From Pirellula staleyi DSM 6068 (lineage in GTDB: Bacteria; Planctomycetota; Planctomycetia; Pirellulales; Pirellulaceae): a DNA stretch of 32,000 nucleotides. Location of the stretch: NCBI GenBank assembly GCA_000025185.1, contig CP001848.1:5970001-6002000 (forward strand), given 5' to 3'. A program made the translations under genes and the position numbers. Of this stretch, positions 26,355-32,000 are shown one piece after another. The notes under the pieces are model-generated. The model did not search any database and was not told where the DNA came from. It worked only from the letters and a program-made list of their open reading frames with translations. How positions within the stretch are numbered: position 1 is the first letter of the stretch; each line of letters starts with the position of its first letter.

Positions 26355-27586
26355 ACGTTCTGTTCCTCAGGGCTTTCGATGGACAACTCGCTGCTTGCAC
26401 CACTGTCACTCGCTCCGGTGGTCACTACATCGACAAAGCCAAGCGCACAGCGAAAGCCGATATTATGTTTCCGCGCAAGCGGCCCTTCGCCACTCTGAAA
26501 CTGACAGTGCGACTGACTATCAAAATAGGTATCGAACGCTCCGCCACGAATGCTGCGAAGTGGCGAACCTGTTTCAATTTTCTGCCCTACCGGTTCGAAC
26601 GCACCAAATTGACTACTTGTCCATTCCCAAACATTACCGATCAGTTGCTGCACACCACCGACACTCGCCCCTTCGGGATGCGAATGAACAGGAACTGTGG
26701 CATCGGGTCCACTCCCCCAGAGATTGGCGAGTCGACGATCGAGCGCTTCGCCCCAAGGATAGCGGCGTTGCACCGGCACCTTCGCATCGGTGAGCACGGG
26801 CCAACTGCCAGCCTTCACCCATTCCGGATCACTAGGAAGCCGCTTTCCTGCCCAGCGGGCATAGGCCGAAGCCTCATACCAACTGATGCCAACCACCGGG
26901 TGATCTTGCTTGCCAAGCTCGTAGTGCCCGCCACTCCAAAAGCGAGGGCCAGGCTGATTGGTTTTGTCGACAAATCCGAGGACTGCTGGCCAGATCGACT
27001 CATCCCACAGCGACATTTGCTCGTAGCCACCGTCGCTCACAAACTGCTGATACTCGGCGTTGGTGACCGGATAGCGATCGAGAAAGAAACCGTCGACATG
27101 CACGAGTTTTTGCCCGCGATGCTGTTCGTCGTCAGCAAGTTCATCGAACCGGCGAGAGCGCATCATGACGGGGCCTTGTGGAACCACCGACATCGCCTCG
27201 TCGAGCGCCGACTGAGCGATTTCGATATGCCGCGCCGAGAGGCTGCTCGCAATCTGCGGGCGTAGTAAAATGGTGTAACGACCTTGCGTGAGCATCCCCA
27301 GGACGAGTTGCGAGGTTTCGTCGTCCCCAAGTTCAGCAGCGAGACGTTCCCACTTCTCGCGCGACGCGCGGGGATCGGCAGCCACCACTTTGTTCGGCGT
27401 ACTGCTAGTGGAACTTGGATGCCCACGAAATCGACGGAGCGGCTTTTGTAGCGCGAGCAGACAGAGCCCGGTTGCTGCACCGGCGGCTCCCAGCGCCCAC
27501 TGGTCCGACGTCAAACCATAGGCCAGACAGGCTGGCACCGTTGCACCGAGGGCAACGCTCGTCGCGCTGGGCAGCTTGAGAGGCAT
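26351..27586 (-). CDS. Membrane-tethered FGE-sulfatase (SUMF1/EgtB/PvdO-type) domain protein
   Basis: Two N-terminal hydrophobic segments are followed by the basic QKPLRRFRGH. The C-terminal domain reads FFLDRYPVTNAEYQQFV...HPVVGISWYEASAYARWAGKRLPSDPEW...RRYPWG...IGNVWEWT...IRGGAF...NIGFRCA. Confidence 0.85.
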   Translation of the reverse strand: MPLKLPSATSVALGATVPACLAYGLTSDQWALGAAGAATGLCLLALQKPLRRFRGHPSSTSSTPNKVVAADPRASREKWERLAAELGDDETSQLVLGMLTQGRYTILLRPQIASSLSARHIEIAQSALDEAMSVVPQGPVMMRSRRFDELADDEQHRGQKLVHVDGFFLDRYPVTNAEYQQFVSDGGYEQMSLWDESIWPAVLGFVDKTNQPGPRFWSGGHYELGKQDHPVVGISWYEASAYARWAGKRLPSDPEWVKAGSWPVLTDAKVPVQRRYPWGEALDRRLANLWGSGPDATVPVHSHPEGASVGGVQQLIGNVWEWTSSQFGAFEPVGQKIETGSPLRSIRGGAFDTYFDSQSHCQFQSGEGPLARKHNIGFRCALGFVDVVTTGASDSGASSELSIESPEEQNV

Positions 27587-27655
27587 AAGTGGGTCTCGCG
27601 AAAGTTCGATCGGCCTAAGTTGCTCGAGGATTTACGAAATCGAAAGCGGTGAAAA

Positions 27656-28969
27656 CTACTTCTTTTTATTGCGACGCTGAGCGACATCTTTTTGGAGCTT
27701 GGCAAACTGGGCCATCACGCTGCTAACGACCGGATCGCTCGCTGGAGTCGAATCCGAAGTCGACGCGGGACGTGGTGGTTCACTCGCGGGTAGCGGTGCA
27801 CTTTGAGGCCGATTTTCCGCGACGAAACGCTGATCGCCGGGCCTCGCCTCCTCGACTTTCGGTGCGGCAGTTCGACTCTCGAAGCGAGTGATCTCGAACC
27901 GCGATGGTGGCTCGTCGGCAACTCGTGCAGCAGCGGCTGCAGTGGCTGCTGTGCTCGTTCCAAAATGCGAAATCGTTCGGCCCAACTCGGCCCCGGTGAG
28001 GGTGGCATGCACTGAACTCGCCGGGATCGACATCGCTGGCGTACTCGACGATTCATAGCGCGACGCATCCTGCTGCTCGATCATGGTGCGTAGCTGCACC
28101 AGTTCGTCGCGCAGCTGAGCTCGATCGCTCTGCAAATCGCGCCGCTGATGTTCCACCGTCTCTTGCAGTTCGATTGCGCGGGCTCGCACCAAGGCAAGTT
28201 CAGCCTCGAGTGTTGCCCGCTCTTCATGCCAGGCGAGAGTCCCTTGCAGCTGCTGCGTAATTTCAGGAGGAAAGACTTCCGCCACTGGCATCGCTTGGCG
28301 TTCGGCCATGCCACTGGCCACCTGAGCACGCGTTTCAGCAAGCTCGCTGCGCAAGTGCGCCAGCTGTTGCTCCAAGGGACCGAGATTGATCGGCGCTGGC
28401 TCTTCTCGACCACTCGAACGAGCAATCTCTTGACGCAGCGAAAGAATCTCGGCCAGCAACGGTTCGAGCGCTTGATCGGGAATCTCCCCACCGCTGCTGG
28501 CTTGCATCGCCGCGCGGAGTTCCATTTCCTTGGCATGCTGCTCGCGCTCGGCTGTGGTAGCGGCCAGTTGTTCGGCCAACTGCATCCGCAACTGCTCTTC
28601 TCGCGAGAACGATTGTTCGCGGAATGCTGCGAATTCACTTCGCAAACTACGGAGTTCCGAGAGGGCATCGCTCAGCTGCGCCTCTTGCTGTTCAAGCTGA
28701 TGCGCCTGGCGACCACTTTCGACCCGCTGCTCCGACAGCTGTCGGCTGCGATCGGCCAAATGGCGTCGCGCTTCCTCCAGTTGCTCGCTGCGAAGCTGCA
28801 GTTCGTTCTCGAGCCGCTCGAGATCGCCATAAAGCGATTCGATCATGAGGTCGAACTGATGGCATTCGTTACCAAGTTCAGCGGCGACCTCTTCAAGACG
28901 ACTGGTGTGTAGCGCCAGTGGAGTTGAAGTGATCGACGTCGATGGCAATGCCTGGATGCTTGCTGTCAC
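27656..28969 (-). CDS. Long coiled-coil protein with Ser/Thr/Pro-rich linker and basic C-terminal tail
   Basis: 437 aa with a GTG start at 28969 (the alternative is the internal ATG at LMIESLY). About 280 aa are Q/E/L/R/A-rich heptad-like sequence (LERLENELQLRSEQLEEARRHLADRSRQLSEQ...). A low-complexity region follows, and the protein ends VMAQFAKLQKDVAQRRNKKK. Confidence 0.65.
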   Translation of the reverse strand: MTASIQALPSTSITSTPLALHTSRLEEVAAELGNECHQFDLMIESLYGDLERLENELQLRSEQLEEARRHLADRSRQLSEQRVESGRQAHQLEQQEAQLSDALSELRSLRSEFAAFREQSFSREEQLRMQLAEQLAATTAEREQHAKEMELRAAMQASSGGEIPDQALEPLLAEILSLRQEIARSSGREEPAPINLGPLEQQLAHLRSELAETRAQVASGMAERQAMPVAEVFPPEITQQLQGTLAWHEERATLEAELALVRARAIELQETVEHQRRDLQSDRAQLRDELVQLRTMIEQQDASRYESSSTPAMSIPASSVHATLTGAELGRTISHFGTSTAATAAAAARVADEPPSRFEITRFESRTAAPKVEEARPGDQRFVAENRPQSAPLPASEPPRPASTSDSTPASDPVVSSVMAQFAKLQKDVAQRRNKKK

Positions 28970-29545
28970 GGTCGGTTGTCCTGTGGGGGGAACTTCGAAC
29001 GAGCCGTGAGTGACAATGCGGGAAGCCGTTGCCTATCGATTCCCGATCGATACGCGCACTAACTGCACTGCCACTACTGCGGAGAGAAATTTGGCTAACC
29101 GTGATCACTTGCCGCACGACTGTCAGCAGACTTACGTCCGCCGTTCCACATTCCTTCTGCCAGCTTCCGAGGTGTGCCCCGAGAAGCTGTCAGACGGATC
29201 AGTCGGCTGCGAGCGTTTCCTCGGCGAGCCAGCGAGCGACAGCCTGTCACCCGCAACGCAAACGTAGGTCGAAAACCTCCGAGAGGCAAATCCCGATCTC
29301 AATTCAGTGCATTTCCCCCAAACCTCGCAGTTTGATGCGCAAGGGGGCCGATTTTCACTTTTTCTCCCAGAGAGGTAAAAACGTTCATACCCTGCAAGCT
29401 GTTTTCTGACAGTGACTTGCGCTTATCAGGCTATCTGGGAGGGTTAGCGAGGTCTTGCGGATCGGGAAAGTTGTGTCAAATTTACCGGCACCTGAAGCTA
29501 TCCGTTGTGGTTGCTCTCGCCATCTGTCCTACCCGACTGGAGTCA

Positions 29546-30013
29546 ATGATGACTGCCCACCTGACCGCTCGCACCATGAAATTCGTTCTCGCCATCACCG
29601 CTGTGGCTGCTCTGCTCGTTGCTGCTGGCAACGTCTCGGCCGCAACCGCTTCGCTCAACACAGCCAAGCTCGCCGGCTGTGGTTGCGAACCCGCACCTTG
29701 CGTTAAGTGCGTCCCCACCAAGGAATGCTGCGATCGCTGCATCACCTATCGCTCGCACACCCTGCTCCGTTGCAAGTTCAAGTGCAGCCCCACCGAAAAG
29801 ATCGTCCTCCAAGTGACCGATCCTTGCTGCTGCTGCTTCATCAACGTCCCTGTTTGTGTCCCTTGCTGCTGTGCCAAGGAAGCTCCTGAAGTTTGCACCC
29901 ACTGCGGTATCCTCGGTCGCACCGTCACCGAATACACCTGGTGCTGCGGCTACAAGGTGAAAGTGATCATCGATCGCTGTGGCGACGTCACCGTTCACAC
30001 CTACGGCCTGTAA
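29546..30013 (+). CDS. Secreted, extremely cysteine-rich small protein
   Basis: ATG 29546 is preceded by GGAG; the alternative is ATG 29576. The signal peptide is MKFVLAITAVAALLVAAGNVSA. All 22 Cys lie in the mature part, including DPCCCCF and VPCCCAK. A hairpin plus T6 lies about 70 nt downstream. Confidence 0.7.
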   Translation: MMTAHLTARTMKFVLAITAVAALLVAAGNVSAATASLNTAKLAGCGCEPAPCVKCVPTKECCDRCITYRSHTLLRCKFKCSPTEKIVLQVTDPCCCCFINVPVCVPCCCAKEAPEVCTHCGILGRTVTEYTWCCGYKVKVIIDRCGDVTVHTYGL

Positions 30014-30083
30014 TTCGACCTTCGATCTGCTCGAAACTGCCCGCCGAGCAGCGCTCGTCCGAAAACCGTACCTGAATCAATTT

Positions 30084-30137
30084 GGCCTGTAGACCACTTC
30101 CTTCCCACCGAAGCGAAGTTGCCTACAGGCCTTTTTT
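30084..30137 (+). terminator. Intrinsic terminator downstream of the Cys-rich protein gene
   Basis: GGCCTGTAG (30084-30092) pairs with CTACAGGCC (30123-30131). Inner CTTC/GAAG pairing is possible. TTTTTT (30132-30137) follows. Confidence 0.5.
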
Positions 30138-30206
30138 GTTTCCCTACTGCTAGAATAGCTCAGCCACTCCCCTGTTTTCCTCAATCTCACCCGATGGCTC
30201 AGCGCT

Positions 30207-30707
30207 GTGTCTCCCCGCAAGAAGACCGATAAACGTAAAGAATCGCGAGCAACTGCGCGCGAGATTGCCACTTCTGGCGGCCCCCCAACCGCTGGTTCGG
30301 CCAATCCCTACCAGTCCCCTGAAACGCGCACCGCGAAGCCTCGGCAACCTATGTACGAGCGGCATCGCGCCGACGCGGCACTCGGAGGCGAATCGCGCGC
30401 GTCGATCGCCGTCACGGTTGCCTGGATGACCTTCTTCCTCACCACTGTGGCCACCACACTGCTGGGCGTTGCCAACTGGGCCATCGCCGCTGGCAGCACC
30501 TTTCAGCCCAATCAGCCCACTCCCCTCCAGGTCCTTCCCGGACTATTCCTGGGGACAGCAACCCTCACGGGACTCGGCGTTTTGGGGCTCATTCCCTTGG
30601 TCTATCGCACCCGTAAAATTCCTCCCCCCAGGTCGATCACGATTGCCGCCATCGTGGCAGGCACCCTTCCCCTTGCTATCTTCACCACGTTTCTTTTGGT
30701 GAAATAG
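30207..30707 (+). CDS. Hypothetical membrane protein (basic N-terminus, 3-4 TM helices)
   Basis: GTG start at 30207 (alternative ATG 30351). Hydrophobic segments: IAVTVAWMTFFLTTVATTLLGVANWAI, LPGLFLGTATLTGLGVLGLIPLV and ITIAAIVAGTLPLAIFTTFLLV. Confidence 0.5.
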   Translation: MSPRKKTDKRKESRATAREIATSGGPPTAGSANPYQSPETRTAKPRQPMYERHRADAALGGESRASIAVTVAWMTFFLTTVATTLLGVANWAIAAGSTFQPNQPTPLQVLPGLFLGTATLTGLGVLGLIPLVYRTRKIPPPRSITIAAIVAGTLPLAIFTTFLLVK

Positions 30708-30779
30708 CGGCTGCAGAATGTCCTGCCAGCGGCAAATTGCCGTTACGCGAAACTACCTTCGCATACAGAGCCCTCCCCT

Positions 30780-32000
30780 GTGACGAAGACCGACTATCTC
30801 CGCAGCACCCACCACGAATTCCTCGAAGCTTCTCAGGAAGCTCTCGACTCGCCACAGCTGCAGCGCATCTTGGTTCAGCTCGGCGATACTCTGGGCCAGC
30901 GCAACCGCGATGCTTGGAGCGCGCTCGAGAATAGCAGCCTCATTCGCGAACATGCCCGACGCATCAAGGACGAAACCCTCGCACATCTCGACGAGCATCT
31001 CGAAACGCTCGAGAAAAGTGTGATCGCACGCGGCGGACAGGTGCATTATGCCACCGATAGCCACGAGGCCTGCGAAATCATTACTGGGCTCATTCGAGCA
31101 CGCGGGTACACGCAGGTCGTCAAAAGTAAATCGATGACGACCGAGGAGATCCATCTGAATCCGGCGCTCGAAAAAGCAGGCATCTCGGCCGTCGAAACCG
31201 ATCTTGGCGAGTACATCATTCAGCTCGCCGGTCACCGCCCTTCGCATATCGTCGGCCCGGCGCTCCATCTTTCGGCCAAACAAGTCGCCGAGATTTTGAG
31301 TGTCCCAGCGGGACGAGAATTGCCTGTCGAGCGCGAACCACTCGCAGCTTTCGCGCGCGAAGCGCTCCGCGCAAAATTCGCCGCTGCCGAGGTTGGCATT
31401 TCCGGCGTAAACTTTGCCGTCGCAGAAACCGGCACCATCGTTCTCATCTCGAACGAAGGAAATGCGCGACTCACCACCACCCTTCCGAAGATGCACATCG
31501 CCATCATGGGGATGGAAAAAGTGATCCCCCGACTCGAGCACCTACCGATCTTCCTGAAGGTTCTCGCCCGCGCTGCCACAGGACAAAAACTCTCTTGCTA
31601 CACGTCGCTCGTCACCGGCCCCAGACGTCCCGAGGAAAACGAAGGGCCGGAAGAGTTTCATCTGGTGGTGCTCGATAATGGTCGCTCGAAGATCCTCGGC
31701 TCACCGCTGCGTGAAAGTCTGTTCTGCATTCGCTGCGGCGCTTGCCTCAACGCCTGCCCGATCTATCGCAGCGTCGGTGGACATTCCTATGGGGGCGTTT
31801 ATGCCGGTCCTATCGGCGCAGTCCTAACACCGCTGTACGACGGCCTCCGAGAAAATCACCATCTCCCACAAGCCTCGAGCCTCTGCGGTGCTTGCCAGGC
31901 CGCTTGTCCCGTCAAAATTCAGATTCCGCAGATGCTGATCCAGCTGCGAGAAGAACTAAAAAAAGAACCGGAAAGAAAAAACTGGATCGAGGCGACTGCC
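30780..32000 (+). CDS. lutB: LutB/YkgF-type lactate-utilisation iron-sulfur protein (3'-partial, runs off the window)
   Basis: This ORF is absent from the track because it has no stop in the window. The frame is open from the stop at 30705-30707, and the first start is GTG 30780. Supporting sequence: GGQVHYATDSHEACEII, VVKSKSMTTEEIHLN, GISGVNFAVAETGTIVLISNEGNARL, the 4Fe-4S motif CIRCGACLNACP, and a second CGACQAACP. Confidence 0.9.
   Translation, partial: MTKTDYLRSTHHEFLEASQEALDSPQLQRILVQLGDTLGQRNRDAWSALENSSLIREHARRIKDETLAHLDEHLETLEKSVIARGGQVHYATDSHEACEIITGLIRARGYTQVVKSKSMTTEEIHLNPALEKAGISAVETDLGEYIIQLAGHRPSHIVGPALHLSAKQVAEILSVPAGRELPVEREPLAAFAREALRAKFAAAEVGISGVNFAVAETGTIVLISNEGNARLTTTLPKMHIAIMGMEKVIPRLEHLPIFLKVLARAATGQKLSCYTSLVTGPRRPEENEGPEEFHLVVLDNGRSKILGSPLRESLFCIRCGACLNACPIYRSVGGHSYGGVYAGPIGAVLTPLYDGLRENHHLPQASSLCGACQAACPVKIQIPQMLIQLREELKKEPERKNWIEATA

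Noticed and set aside
26033-27265. 410-aa plus-strand ORF (with nested 26088-26498 and 26302-26793 ORFs)
   Set aside because: It is antisense to the GTPase and FGE-like genes, both of which carry strong family motifs on the minus strand. The plus-frame product is Arg/Pro/Cys-rich nonsense.
28148-28912. 254-aa plus-strand ORF
   Set aside because: It is antisense to the coiled-coil gene. The complement of a Q/E/L-rich repeat naturally stays open (L/Q/F/R-rich), and there is no independent support.
29034-29051. Short inverted repeat TATCGAT-tcccg-ATCGATA in the GTPase-cluster / Cys-rich gene intergenic region, echoing the ATCGAT pair of the 22-bp palindrome
   Set aside because: The arms are only 7 bp. 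ATCGAT is self-complementary and appeared repeatedly in coding regions of this window as I read through (an unquantified impression), so the resemblance is probably coincidental.
29783-29797. C-S-P-T-E in the Cys-rich protein resembles the sulfatase C-S-P-S-R formylglycine motif, which tempts a link to the neighbouring FGE-like gene
   Set aside because: The essential Arg is replaced by Glu. The FGE-like protein lacks the catalytic Cys pair and is predicted to be cytoplasmic, whereas the Cys-rich protein is secreted. The match is too weak to claim.
30753-31541. 262-aa minus-strand ORF
   Set aside because: It is antisense to the lutB-like frame. That frame carries the DUF162-type and 4Fe-4S motifs and is missing from the track only because it has no stop inside the window.
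1-32000. Scan for CRISPR arrays, IS elements/transposases, integrases, prophage genes, toxin-antitoxin pairs and long direct repeats
   Set aside because: I found no regularly spaced repeats and no ORFs with transposase, integrase or phage signatures. The only repeat of note is the short codon-level AKP repeat inside 13072-13209.

Overview
High-GC (roughly high-50s % by eye) bacterial chromosomal segment with about 30 protein genes, one tRNA and no CRISPR array, IS element or integrase. Gene content suggests a Planctomycetota (Pirellulales-like) genome; this is inference only: a Cys-type sulfatase, a ThuA-like protein, DUF1579, a long ECF sigma factor with a C-terminal extension, an extremely Cys-rich secreted protein, and weak or absent Shine-Dalgarno sites.

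Ordinary content:
- A minus-strand ECF42-type sigma operon (sigma, DUF1579, YciI/DGPF, GyrI-like, VOC; 1593-5086).
- An MddA-like membrane methyltransferase.
- cydAB.
- A ThuA-like protein, tRNA-His(GUG), a GT2 glycosyltransferase, a Tat-signal TIM-barrel sugar-phosphate isomerase, DJ-1/PfpI, a DUF3754-like protein, a HAD hydrolase and a sulfatase.
- An AlaC-like aminotransferase, carA, and the 5' part of lutB running off the right edge.

Most interesting regions:
1. A four-gene minus-strand cluster (24619-28969). It encodes a long coiled-coil protein, a membrane-tethered FGE/SUMF1-like domain protein without the catalytic Cys pair, a zinc-ribbon-fused P-loop GTPase (G1/G3/G4 motifs readable), and a 246-aa partner protein. 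The middle two genes overlap in ATGA. I cannot assign this architecture to any characterised system.
2. A divergently transcribed secreted protein with 22 Cys in about 123 mature residues, including CCCC and CCC runs (29546-30013).
3. A roughly 1.3-kb low-GC islet carrying one orphan gene with a PD-(D/E)xK/Mrr-like D...QxK core (19945-21051).
4. A 45-aa Lys/Ala/Pro-repeat histone-H1-like peptide gene (13072-13209).

Many long ORFs in the six-frame track are antisense shadows of real genes, as expected for high-GC DNA, and were rejected.
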